Numbered from the stretch's first letter, positions 38,106 to 47,480 are shown. The stretch is DNA of 64,000 nt from Longimicrobiales bacterium (GCA_965248195.1 CBDFIQ010000002.1:64001-128000); one strand, 5' to 3'. Notes: a model not told the origin generated them from the letters alone. Made by a program: numbers and translations.

Positions 38106-39059
38106 GTGAGGGATGGCATGATTGACGAGGGCGACCGGGGGCACCCGAAGGTCTTCTGTGTAGGCTTCAACAAGACCGGCACGGTTACGCTGCACAGAAT
38201 TTTCTGCGATCAGCTCTCCTATCGCTCCGCCCATAAGCCCTTGTGGACAGACTGGTCGGTCAGCAGGAATCGGAACCAACTCGACCAATTCGATGCGTTC
38301 TCCGATGGCGGTTGCGCCTCGATCAAGAATCTCGACGAACTCTATCCCGAGGCTCTCTTCATCCTCAACACAAGACCGCTGAAGCACTGGGTGCTGAGCC
38401 GACACAAAGCGGTCGAGCGATCCCGTAGAGCCGTCGGTTGGGCCCTCACCAAGTACGTTCCGCTGGGATTTGTTGCCTGGATCATCAATCGGTGGGTCCT
38501 CGATAACCGAGAGGGAGCGGTTAAGCGTTGGATTCGGATCCGGAACTCATATCACGAACACGTGATGGCTTATTTTGGGGATCGGAACGGAAAACTTCTG
38601 GTGGTGAATATCGAGAACGCCGACTTCGCGGAGCAGTTGGCACGATTCCTCGGGACCGAGACCTCCATCGCTCCGACCGTGGAGAATCGTGACGGAAGCG
38701 GCTCGACGACCCGAGCCATTCTCGAAACCATCGGCGAGAAGATGGGAACGCGTACGAGCGAAAGGGAAGTGGATGCGTTCTTCTCGTCGCATTCTTTGAA
38801 CCAGCACGGCGACAATCTCACGTTTTTCACATCGCCCTCGTTTCACTTGTCCCGAAGCGCTTCAGACTACTTGCTGATTCTTCTGCCCTTCTTGAGGCCT
38901 GTGTTTCGATGGATCTACACCAAGCTCGTAGCGGTTAGATCGAGGGCTCTCAGCTTCCTGGCGAAGTGGCTGATCGATTTTCTCATCCGATTCTTCCGGA
39001 GCGAATCGGACATGCACTATTTCACGTCGGTTCGGCGACTCGCCAGCGCCTCGAAGTGA
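38106..39059 (+). CDS. Sulfotransferase (P-loop, Sulfotransfer_4/5-like)
   Basis: KVFCVGFNKTGT, AFSDG, YPEALFILNTR..W..S; amphipathic inserts. Confidence 0.85.
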   Translation: MRDGMIDEGDRGHPKVFCVGFNKTGTVTLHRIFCDQLSYRSAHKPLWTDWSVSRNRNQLDQFDAFSDGGCASIKNLDELYPEALFILNTRPLKHWVLSRHKAVERSRRAVGWALTKYVPLGFVAWIINRWVLDNREGAVKRWIRIRNSYHEHVMAYFGDRNGKLLVVNIENADFAEQLARFLGTETSIAPTVENRDGSGSTTRAILETIGEKMGTRTSEREVDAFFSSHSLNQHGDNLTFFTSPSFHLSRSASDYLLILLPFLRPVFRWIYTKLVAVRSRALSFLAKWLIDFLIRFFRSESDMHYFTSVRRLASASK

Positions 39060-40234
39060 GCCTGTCTCTCGAGATCACCCAGGTGGAGGGCCGGCGCGGT
39101 ACGTCCCGTTTTGTGGACGCCGCCTGGAGAGTCCACGACCAAGCCGCCTCGTCGGGCTGGATCCCGCCACTTCGTGCCGTCGTGAGGGATGGTCTTGATC
39201 GGGGGGGAAATCCCTTCTACCAGCAGGCGGACCGGGCGCTCTTCATCGCGAAGCGTAATGGCCGGGCCGTCGGGAGGGTAGCGGCGATCGAGAACCGAAG
39301 GCACAACGACCATCACGATGATCGCGTCGGCTTCTTCGGTTTCTTCGACTGTCGTGACGATCAAGAGGCCGCGAGCGGGCTTTTCGAGCGGGCGGAGGCG
39401 TGGCTCCGAGATAGAGGACTGAATTCAGTGCGTGGTCCCGTGAGCCCGTCGATGAACCATGAGTGCGGTGTGCTCATTGACGGGTTCGACTTTCCGCCGG
39501 TGATCATGACGCCCTGGAACCCATCGTATTACGGTCCGTTGATCGAACGGGCGGGTTATGATCGTGCCCGAGACCTGCTCGGGTATCATTTGCCCGCCGC
39601 CGAGGAATCGGCTGTTCCGGATCGGTTGCGCCGGCTTGCCGAGCGAACCCGTCGGAGGACCCGCCTCGTTTTCCGCGAATGGGATTTCGGCACAATGGAA
39701 GAGGAGGTGAGAAACGCCTTCGACCTTTACTGCGACGCATGGGAAGGCAACTGGGGCTTTGTCCCCCCGTCCTGGGAGGAGTTCTGGCACATCGCGAAAG
39801 ACCTGAAGTCCGTCCTGCATCCGGATTTCGCCTTCGTAGCGGAGCTAGACGGCAAAACCGTCGGGTTCCTCATGATCGCACGCGACATGAACCGAGTACT
39901 TTCTCGGATTCCGTCGGGACGGCTCTGGCCGTGGAGTATCGCCAGGCTCCTCATCGGCCTTCCCAAAGTCCTCAACGGGCGGATCGTCCTCCTGGGCCTC
40001 AGGCGAGAATACCAGAACCGGGGATTTTTCCCGCTCTTTGTCCTCGAGATGGCCCGCCGCGCGATCAAGATTGGGGCCGAGGGGGCTGAAGCGTCGTGGA
40101 TTCTCGAGGACAACGAGTCGCTGATCGCACCACTCAAGGGACTGGATCTGGATCCCTATAAGCGGTGGCGTATCTACGAGAAGTCCCTGGGTCCCCCCAG
40201 CGCCGCTCACTCCGCTGCTCCAACAGGCCTCTAG
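39056..40234 (+). CDS. YghO-like GNAT protein, probable bacterial ceramide synthase (bCerS)
   Basis: WIPPL, NPFY, VGRVAA, GFFGFFD, RGPVSPSMNHECGVLIDGF, MTPWNPSYY, DAWEGNWGFVP, SWILEDN, YKRWRIY; adjacent to spt. Confidence 0.85.
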   Translation: MSLSLEITQVEGRRGTSRFVDAAWRVHDQAASSGWIPPLRAVVRDGLDRGGNPFYQQADRALFIAKRNGRAVGRVAAIENRRHNDHHDDRVGFFGFFDCRDDQEAASGLFERAEAWLRDRGLNSVRGPVSPSMNHECGVLIDGFDFPPVIMTPWNPSYYGPLIERAGYDRARDLLGYHLPAAEESAVPDRLRRLAERTRRRTRLVFREWDFGTMEEEVRNAFDLYCDAWEGNWGFVPPSWEEFWHIAKDLKSVLHPDFAFVAELDGKTVGFLMIARDMNRVLSRIPSGRLWPWSIARLLIGLPKVLNGRIVLLGLRREYQNRGFFPLFVLEMARRAIKIGAEGAEASWILEDNESLIAPLKGLDLDPYKRWRIYEKSLGPPSAAHSAAPTGL

Positions 40235-40244
40235 GCCCCGTGCC

Positions 40245-40940
40245 ATGATTCCGCGCGTGATTCACCAGACCTGGAAGGACCGTGACGTCCCGGAGCGGTT
40301 TCTCGCTGCGCAGCGCAGCTGGCAGGAGACACACCCCGACTGGGAGTACCGCTTCTGGACCGACGTGGACCTCGCAGTCCTGGTGCGGGAGCGGGCGCCC
40401 GAGCTGGTCCCCGTCTATGAGCGGTACCCCGAGGCCATTCAGCGGGTCGATGCCGCGCGTTATGTGATTCTCAGAGAATTTGGAGGGGTCTACGCGGACC
40501 TGGACTTGGTATGCCTCCGCCCGATCGACGCACTCCTCGACGCCGAGGTGGTGCTTCCGCGAACGACACCCTTCGGTGTTTCGAATCAGTTCATGCTTTC
40601 CGTGAAAGGACATTCACTGTTCTGCCATGCGGTGGCCTCCCTGCCGCGGGCCTACGCGAAGTGGGGCAGGGCGTGGCCGCGCCACGTGCGGGTCCTCACT
40701 ACGGCGGGCCCTCTCTTCCTGACTGGGCGATTGCGAGAGCACGGAACCAATGCAGGGATGCGAATCCTCACACTGGACGAGCACGGACACGGTGACCCGG
40801 AGGTCGCCTACGTGGGCCACCTTCGCGGCAATACCTGGGCGGCTTGGGACACTCACGTGATCAACTTCTTCCACGACAACTGGAAGTGGCTCGCGGCGGG
40901 TGCCGCGGTCTCGGCCGTGCTGTTGCGAACCCTCGTTTGA
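40245..40940 (+). CDS. GT32 DXD glycosyltransferase, Sur1/MIPC-synthase-like, C-terminal TM helix
   Basis: IPRVIHQTWK, HPDWEYRFWTD, RVDAARY..L..FGGVYADLD, TTPFGVSN, AGPLFLT. Confidence 0.88.
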   Translation: MIPRVIHQTWKDRDVPERFLAAQRSWQETHPDWEYRFWTDVDLAVLVRERAPELVPVYERYPEAIQRVDAARYVILREFGGVYADLDLVCLRPIDALLDAEVVLPRTTPFGVSNQFMLSVKGHSLFCHAVASLPRAYAKWGRAWPRHVRVLTTAGPLFLTGRLREHGTNAGMRILTLDEHGHGDPEVAYVGHLRGNTWAAWDTHVINFFHDNWKWLAAGAAVSAVLLRTLV

Positions 40941-41091
40941 GCGCCGGCCGCGTTGCCGCTTGCCATGAAAGATTGACGACAGGCGATCCGCGACCCTAAG
41001 CTCCTCGGACGAACCCCACCCTCTGCCTCGTCACATATGATTCGCCTAAATCGTTCTTTCTTCGGGTATTCGATCGACCGCCGGATCCAAG

Positions 41092-42303
41092 GTGTCTGAA
41101 CGCGGACCCGACGTGTTGGACAAGGCGTACGAGTTCCACGTCGCGGACGACGCCAGAAAGGCAGGCGTCTACCCGTACTTCAAACCTTTTGACTACAACG
41201 ACGGACCCGAGTCGGTCATCGATGGCAAACGTGTGACGATGTTCGGCTCCAACAACTACCTGGGGCTGACCACACACCCCAGGGTTCGGGAGGCGGCCGT
41301 CGCCGCCATCGCGAGGTTCGGAACGAGCATGACCGGGTCTCGCTTCGTGAACGGCTCTATGAAGCTGCATGGAGATTTCGAAGAGAAAATCGCCTCTTTT
41401 TATGGGAGAGAGTCCGCGCTCGTCTTCACCACTGGTTATCAGGTGAACCTCGCCTTGGGCTCTGCCCTCCTCGGTGCGGAGGACAGCGTCGCTGTGGTGG
41501 ACCGAAGCGTGCATGCGTCGATCTATGACGGCGTACGCCTGGGCCAGGCGGCGGGCGGGCGGATGGTTCGGTTCAGACACAACTCGGCGGCTTCCCTGGA
41601 CCGCGCACTCTCCAAGCTCAAGGCCACTGAATCCGCACTCGTGATGACGGATGGCGTGTTCAGCGCCGAGGGTGACATCGCGAAGCTTAACGACCTGATC
41701 CCGGTGGTCCAGAAGCATGGTGCGAGACTCTTTTTGGACGACGCTCACGCTCTTGGAGTCATCGGGCCAGGCGGGCGCGGCACCGCGCATTACTTCGGCT
41801 TGGAGGGTGATGTCGATCTTATCGGAGGCACGTTCAGCAAGTCGCTGGCCAGTGTCGGCGGGTACCTCGTCGGAGAGCGGAAGGTGCTGGATTACATAAG
41901 ACATTTCGCACCTTCCTTCATGTTTGCGGCAAGTGGGGCGCCGTCCTGTATTGCCGCGGCGATGGCCGCGTTCGAGGTAATGCAGGAAGAGACTTGGCGG
42001 ATTGATAAATTGAGGGAGAACTACACCTACATGAAGGATGAGCTCACAAGGATGGGGTTCGAGCTGAGTGCCACGGAGAGCGCCGTCATCCCGATCTACG
42101 TTCGTGATGATGCGCGCACACTGGAGTTTTGGAGGGTGTTGTTGGAGGATTACTCCGTGTACACGAATCCATTTATCTCGCCGGGCGTGCTGCCCCGGGA
42201 CTCTCTCCTGCGCACGAGCTACATGGCCACCCATGATCGCGAACATCTCGATCGGGGCCTCGAGGCCCTCCGAAGCGTCGGGAAGCACCTCGGGGTAATC
42301 TGA
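41092..42303 (+). CDS. spt: Serine palmitoyltransferase (alpha-oxoamine synthase)
   Basis: GVYPYF N-terminus, GSNNYLGL, GSRFVNG, DDAH, GTFSKSLA (PLP Lys); context with bCerS, reductase and ACP. Confidence 0.85.
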   Translation: MSERGPDVLDKAYEFHVADDARKAGVYPYFKPFDYNDGPESVIDGKRVTMFGSNNYLGLTTHPRVREAAVAAIARFGTSMTGSRFVNGSMKLHGDFEEKIASFYGRESALVFTTGYQVNLALGSALLGAEDSVAVVDRSVHASIYDGVRLGQAAGGRMVRFRHNSAASLDRALSKLKATESALVMTDGVFSAEGDIAKLNDLIPVVQKHGARLFLDDAHALGVIGPGGRGTAHYFGLEGDVDLIGGTFSKSLASVGGYLVGERKVLDYIRHFAPSFMFAASGAPSCIAAAMAAFEVMQEETWRIDKLRENYTYMKDELTRMGFELSATESAVIPIYVRDDARTLEFWRVLLEDYSVYTNPFISPGVLPRDSLLRTSYMATHDREHLDRGLEALRSVGKHLGVI

Positions 42304-42378
42304 ATCGTCGGCGAACCCGTCCAAGGGCGGAGTTCGCGTTCAGGGCGCGGATGAGCGGCGAAAAGGGGACGACAGTCT

Positions 42379-43365
42379 GTGCGAATCTTGCTGACGGGAG
42401 CCTCTGGATTTCTCGGCTCTCACATTGCCGAGCAACTCGATCAGCAAGGTGCCGATGTCCGTGCGTTGGTCCGGCCGACGAGTGATACCCGATTTCTGGA
42501 AGGGCTCGCGCATGTGACACTTCTGTCCGGGGCGATGAGCGACGAGGGCAGCTTACTCGCGGCGACAGAAGGTGTGGACGGAATTATCCATGCTGCTGGT
42601 TTGGTCAAGGCCAGGGCGCCGGCCGACTTTTACCGGACGAACGAGCAGGGGACAGCCAATCTACTCGATGCAGCGAAGCAAAACGCTCCGGATATCGAGC
42701 GCTTCGTGTTGATCTCGTCGCTGGCGGTGATGGGACCTAGCGAGGACGGACGGCCCGTCCTGGGGGGCGCGCCTCCCAATCCAGTGACCCACTATGGACG
42801 GAGTAAACTGGCCGCAGAACGAGCCGCGCGGGCCGAGGCGCACTCGCTGCCGATCACGATCATCAGGCCCCCGATGATCTACGGACCCCGCGATCGGGAG
42901 ATCTTTCCCTTCTTCAAGTCCGTGCAGCTAGGGGTTCTTCCGTTGACGGGCTTGTCGGGTTCCCGGCTGAGCGCCATTTACGCCACCGACTGTGCCGCGG
43001 CGTGCATCAAGGCGCTCGGGGCGAACGTACCTAGCGGCTCTAGATATTTTGTCGAGGATGGACACCTGGAAACTCTAGGGGGACTGATTGCCCACATCGA
43101 AAACGCGCTCGGCAGGCGCGCCTGGTTGCGAATCCCGGTGCCCCGCCTCCTGATGCACGGGGCGGCTCTGGCCAGCGAACTCTACGGAAGGGTCAGGGGA
43201 CGTGCGGTCATGTTGACGCGGGACAAACTGAACGAAATATTGGCCCCACACTGGGTGTGCGATTCATCGGAAGCGCAATCCGCGCTTGGGTGGAAGCCTC
43301 GCATTTCCTTCGAGGAGGGGACCCGGATCACCGGCGCATGGTATCGCAGCGAGGGTTGGCTTTAG
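42379..43365 (+). CDS. Extended SDR/NAD-dependent epimerase, probable ceramide (3-keto) reductase, CerR-like
   Basis: TGASGFLG, YGRSK, RPPMIYGPRD; directly after spt. Confidence 0.8.
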   Translation: MRILLTGASGFLGSHIAEQLDQQGADVRALVRPTSDTRFLEGLAHVTLLSGAMSDEGSLLAATEGVDGIIHAAGLVKARAPADFYRTNEQGTANLLDAAKQNAPDIERFVLISSLAVMGPSEDGRPVLGGAPPNPVTHYGRSKLAAERAARAEAHSLPITIIRPPMIYGPRDREIFPFFKSVQLGVLPLTGLSGSRLSAIYATDCAAACIKALGANVPSGSRYFVEDGHLETLGGLIAHIENALGRRAWLRIPVPRLLMHGAALASELYGRVRGRAVMLTRDKLNEILAPHWVCDSSEAQSALGWKPRISFEEGTRITGAWYRSEGWL

Positions 43366-43452
43366 GGTCAGACGGGCACAAAGCGTGCAAGCATGGTATG
43401 TTAATATTCGATTCCTGCAGGATTGTCGTCTAAGTCCAAGTTGGAGGCCCCG

Positions 43453-43692
43453 TTGAAGTCTTATGATTTTCTCGTCAAGCTTCTTGTAGAGGAGTTTGGC
43501 GTGGACGCCGGCGAGTTGGTCCCCGACGCGTCGCCGGTGGGTCTCGGACTGGACTCCCTTTCCACCATGGAGATGGTGAGGGAGCTGGAGGACGAGTTCG
43601 GCATCAAGTTCTCGACACAGCAGGTTAATTTTTCCACCCTGGGTGAGGCGGCGGCCCTAGCCGATGAGTTGATCGAGGCCAAGGGTCTCTGA
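43453..43692 (+). CDS. Acyl carrier protein 1
   Basis: LGLDSL; GGAGG RBS before TTG 43453; 79 aa. Confidence 0.9.
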   Translation: MKSYDFLVKLLVEEFGVDAGELVPDASPVGLGLDSLSTMEMVRELEDEFGIKFSTQQVNFSTLGEAAALADELIEAKGL

Positions 43693-43697
43693 GCCCT

Positions 43698-44942
43698 GTG
43701 CCCGTTCGCCGCACGTTCATCACAGGGATCGGCATCGTGTCTCCTCACGGGGACGACATGGATGCCGTGTTCGATCGGGTTTTTGCGGGAGAATCTGCGG
43801 TCCGCAAGGTGCCGATCGAGGCCAACGGGTCGAGGAGCGACATGCTTCTGTCACCGGTCGACTTCGATCCCGGCCACCTGATTCCCAAGCTACCGGGCCG
43901 TTACATGGCCCGGGCGAGCAAGATGGCGGTGGTCGCCGCGCATCACGCCTTGGAGGGATCGGGCCTGTTGGTATCCGGTGCTGGGCCGGCGGAGACGGGA
44001 ATTTACATAGGGTGTGGACTGGGGGGCTCCGAAGAGCTCCAGGCGCACTATGAACGTTATCTGGCTGATCCCCCCAGGAGGCTGAGAGCCGCGACCACGC
44101 CGATGATCATGGCGAGTGGTCCGGCCTCACACATCTCCATGACGTATGGGATTACCGGCCCGAGCGTGACCTATTCCATCGCATGCGTATCCTCGGCGGT
44201 GGCGATCGGCGAGGCGTTTCGTGCGATTCGACATGGGTACCTCGAGACGGCCTTGGCCGGCGGAGCCGAAGCCCAACTCAACACCGGGACCTTGGCTGGT
44301 TGGAGGGAGCTTAGCGTCCTCGCGAGTGAACACGCGACCGGTGCCGAGGCTTCCAGCCGGCCGTTCGACACGCAGCGGACAGGCCTGGTGCTCGGCGAGG
44401 GCTCCGTCGTTCTCGTGCTCGAAAGCGAGAGCGCAGCTCGAGCCAGAGGTGCAGAGCCACTCGCGGAGATCGTGGGCTACGGTGTCTCCAGCGATGCGTA
44501 CAACCTTACGGAGCCTTCTCCGGATGGTCAGGCTCGTGCGATGCGCTTGGCGCTGGAGGACGCATCCGTTTCGTGCGCGCGCATAGGGTATGTGAACGCA
44601 CACGCCACCGGCACGCTCTTGGGAGATCGGGTGGAGACGGAAGCCATCAAGAATACCTTCGGCTCGCATGCCGACAAGCTGGCGGTAAGCTCCACAAAGT
44701 CGGTTCACGGCCACCTGATCGGCGCCACGAGCGCGCTGGAGACTGCGTTGACGGTTCGTATGTTAGAGACCGGCCGGATCGCGCCAACCGCAAACCTCAC
44801 CGATCCCGATCCGCAGTGCGACTTGGATTGTGTGCCGTTGGTCGGCCGAGAGGCTCCGGGGCTGGAGTACGCCATTACGAACTCATTTGCTTTTGGTGGC
44901 ACCAATGCGACGCTGGTGCTGCGAAAGGCGATCGCCTCATGA
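43698..44942 (+). CDS. Beta-ketoacyl-ACP synthase (FabF-like) 1
   Basis: SIACVSS, NAHATGT, STKSVHGH, NSFAFGG. Confidence 0.93.
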   Translation: MPVRRTFITGIGIVSPHGDDMDAVFDRVFAGESAVRKVPIEANGSRSDMLLSPVDFDPGHLIPKLPGRYMARASKMAVVAAHHALEGSGLLVSGAGPAETGIYIGCGLGGSEELQAHYERYLADPPRRLRAATTPMIMASGPASHISMTYGITGPSVTYSIACVSSAVAIGEAFRAIRHGYLETALAGGAEAQLNTGTLAGWRELSVLASEHATGAEASSRPFDTQRTGLVLGEGSVVLVLESESAARARGAEPLAEIVGYGVSSDAYNLTEPSPDGQARAMRLALEDASVSCARIGYVNAHATGTLLGDRVETEAIKNTFGSHADKLAVSSTKSVHGHLIGATSALETALTVRMLETGRIAPTANLTDPDPQCDLDCVPLVGREAPGLEYAITNSFAFGGTNATLVLRKAIAS

Positions 44943-45000
44943 AGACGAATGGTACATTATGTCTTCCGTACCAGATCATGTCTTCAGGAGGTGTGAGCGC

Positions 45001-45240
45001 GTGACCCCCTATGCGTTCTTGGCCGAGACTTTGGCCGAAAAATACGAGGTCGATCGGGACGCGATCAGCCCCGAGGCGACGCTGACCGAGCTCGGACTCG
45101 ACTCCCTCACGATCGTCGAGCTCCTGTTCGACGTTGAAGACGAATTCGACATCGAGGTTCCCGAGGAGCGCGCCACCTTTCAGACGCTTGCGGAAGCCGC
45201 GGCGTTGGTGGAGGAACTCGTCCGAGCCAAGGGGGCCTGA
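45001..45240 (+). CDS. Acyl carrier protein 2
   Basis: LGLDSL; AGGAGG RBS before GTG 45001; 79 aa. Confidence 0.92.
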   Translation: MTPYAFLAETLAEKYEVDRDAISPEATLTELGLDSLTIVELLFDVEDEFDIEVPEERATFQTLAEAAALVEELVRAKGA

Positions 45241-45246
45241 GCCCCC

Positions 45247-46482
45247 GTGCATGGCCGCCGCGTCTTCGTGACGGGGCTCGGGTCAGTTTCCCCGCACGGG
45301 GATGACCCGGCGGCGATGTTCGAGAGGATCTGTCTCGGAGAGTCTGCCATCCGTATGGTCCGATCCGGCACTCCGGAAATGGGGGCCGATGTGCTGCTCG
45401 CCTCCATCGAATTTGAGCCTGGCGACCGAATCAATAAGGTTGACCGCCTCTTCATGGCGCGGGCGGCCCAAATGGCCGTGGTCGCCACCCGAAACGCTCT
45501 GGAGGACTCCGGTCTCATGGCTGAAGGGCGTGGGCCCGAGGAGGCAGGAGTGTTCATGGGGTGCGGGCTCGGAGGAGCCGAAGTCCTTCAGCATTCCTAC
45601 AGTATCTACTTCGAGCGACAAACCAGGCGGGGTAGGCCGACCACGGTCCCTATGATCATGGCCAATGGGCCAGCCTCTCAGGTTTGCATGCAATTCGGAA
45701 TCTACGGGCCCGCCCATACATACTCGATCGCGTGCGCCTCGTCATCCGTTGCCATCGGCGAAGCCTTTCGGTCCATCCGAGACGGGTACTCTGACGTGGT
45801 CATCGCCGGGGGAGCGGAGGCCATGCTCAACGACGGGTCCGTGGCTGCATGGCAGGCCGTCGGTGTGATTGCCAAGGAGCACGCGGATGGCGCGGGGGCG
45901 TCTTGCCGTCCGTTCGACCTGGAACGTACGGGCCTCGTTCTGGGAGAAGGGGCCGCCACGCTCATTCTCGAGAGCGAGGAGCGAGCCGCGGCACGGGGGG
46001 CCGACCTCCTCGCGGAGATCATCGGTTTCGGCGCTTCAAGCGACGCGCACAAGCTCACGGAGCCGTCGGTCGACGGGCAGGAGCGTGCCATTCGGAATGC
46101 TCTCGAAGATGCCGGGCTCCCGGCCGATGCTGTGGGTTACATCAATGCGCACGCGACGGGAACCCCTGCTGGTGATCGGGTCGAGATCGAGGCGATCAAG
46201 CGGGCGTTCGGGGGGGCGGCTCAGCGCGTCGCCATCAGTTCGACCAAGTCCATGCATGGACACCTCGTGGGAGCATCCGGTGCGCTCGAGTGCGCAGTTA
46301 CAGCGCTGGCGCTCTGCGAGCGCCGGATTCCGCCGACGGCCCACTTGACTGTGCCGGATCCGGCATGCGATCTCGATTGTGTCCCCGGTGTGGGTCGCGA
46401 CGCTCCGGATCTCGAGGTCGCCATGTCGAATTCGTTCGCTTTCGGGGGGTCGAACGCCACGCTGGTACTGCGGCGGGCTTGA
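45247..46482 (+). CDS. Beta-ketoacyl-ACP synthase (FabF-like) 2
   Basis: SIACASS, NAHATGT, STKSMHGH, NSFAFGG. Confidence 0.93.
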   Translation: MHGRRVFVTGLGSVSPHGDDPAAMFERICLGESAIRMVRSGTPEMGADVLLASIEFEPGDRINKVDRLFMARAAQMAVVATRNALEDSGLMAEGRGPEEAGVFMGCGLGGAEVLQHSYSIYFERQTRRGRPTTVPMIMANGPASQVCMQFGIYGPAHTYSIACASSSVAIGEAFRSIRDGYSDVVIAGGAEAMLNDGSVAAWQAVGVIAKEHADGAGASCRPFDLERTGLVLGEGAATLILESEERAAARGADLLAEIIGFGASSDAHKLTEPSVDGQERAIRNALEDAGLPADAVGYINAHATGTPAGDRVEIEAIKRAFGGAAQRVAISSTKSMHGHLVGASGALECAVTALALCERRIPPTAHLTVPDPACDLDCVPGVGRDAPDLEVAMSNSFAFGGSNATLVLRRA

Positions 46483-46496
46483 CGCGGAGCGTCATC

Positions 46497-47480
46497 ATGC
46501 CCGGTGTGCGCCTCGCCCCTTGGAGCCCGACTCTCTTGCGGGCTGGCATCCTCGTCGGCGCGACGCTGCTGCTCGTGGTGGCGCTTCGGGACATCGATTG
46601 GGACCGGCTGCTTCAACTGCTTCGAGCGCTCCGCCTCCCCTGGGTCGCCGTCGCCATCGGTCTGAACGGGTCGATCATCGTTCTGTGGTCGCTACAGTGG
46701 AGGATTTTGGTGCCTGGCGAAGGCTCAGTGACATGGGCTGACATGTTCCTGGTGGTCTCTGCCATGGCCATGATCTCGAATTCGGTTCCGTTCATGGTCG
46801 GCCAAGCCTCGGGCGTGTTGCTTCTGGCTCGATACGGGCGCATCGGCCCGGCCTCCGCGCTGTCGGTTTATACGATGGAGCAAGTGGCCGAAGGGATCGC
46901 CAAGATCGTGGTGGTGGTCGGTGTGGCATTGTTCGCCCCGTTACCCCCTTGGCTCGCTCGCGGCGTGCGGGGTCTCGCGGTGCTAGTGTCGGTGCTCGGC
47001 GTGACGTTCGTCGCCCTTGCCTTTCGCTTCCGACACCCTCCTTTTGCTCCGCAGCCAGCGGGTGCGCTTGGCCGATTGAAGCGCTTTGGAGCCCAATGGG
47101 CCCACTCGCTCGAAGGGCTACGTACGCCGCACGTGTTCGGGGCCGGGCTCGCTCTCGCATTGGGGATGAAAACGGCCGAATTGGGGGGAATCATCGCTGT
47201 TCAGCATTCTCTGGGCTTGGACTTGCCGGTGGGCACCGCCCTTTTGGTTTTGGCGAGCGTCAACTTTGCGACGATCGTTTCAGTCTCACCCGGAAATCTG
47301 GGCGTGTTCGAGGCTGCGTCGTTTGCCGCATACCGGCTCGCGGGCGTCAGTCCGGAGCAGGCCTTTGCGTTGAGCCTGGTCCAGCACGTCTGCTACCTGA
47401 TTCCGATGCTGGGGGTGGGGTACGTCAATGGTGGGATGCGGGTGTTCAAGGAGCTTCGAGATCCGGCAGCTCCCTCATGA
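46497..47480 (+). CDS. Lysylphosphatidylglycerol-synthase TM / flippase-like membrane protein
   Basis: Multi-TM; QWRILV, ISNSVP, VSPGNLGVFE. Confidence 0.82.
   Translation: MPGVRLAPWSPTLLRAGILVGATLLLVVALRDIDWDRLLQLLRALRLPWVAVAIGLNGSIIVLWSLQWRILVPGEGSVTWADMFLVVSAMAMISNSVPFMVGQASGVLLLARYGRIGPASALSVYTMEQVAEGIAKIVVVVGVALFAPLPPWLARGVRGLAVLVSVLGVTFVALAFRFRHPPFAPQPAGALGRLKRFGAQWAHSLEGLRTPHVFGAGLALALGMKTAELGGIIAVQHSLGLDLPVGTALLVLASVNFATIVSVSPGNLGVFEAASFAAYRLAGVSPEQAFALSLVQHVCYLIPMLGVGYVNGGMRVFKELRDPAAPS

Noticed and set aside
41092..42303. bioF or kbl
   Set aside because: No bio or tdh genes nearby; Spt-type motifs and bCerS/CerR/ACP context.
43453..46482. Type II aromatic PKS (KS/CLF)
   Set aside because: Both KS keep Cys-His-His, no cyclases are present, and the context is sphingolipid synthesis.
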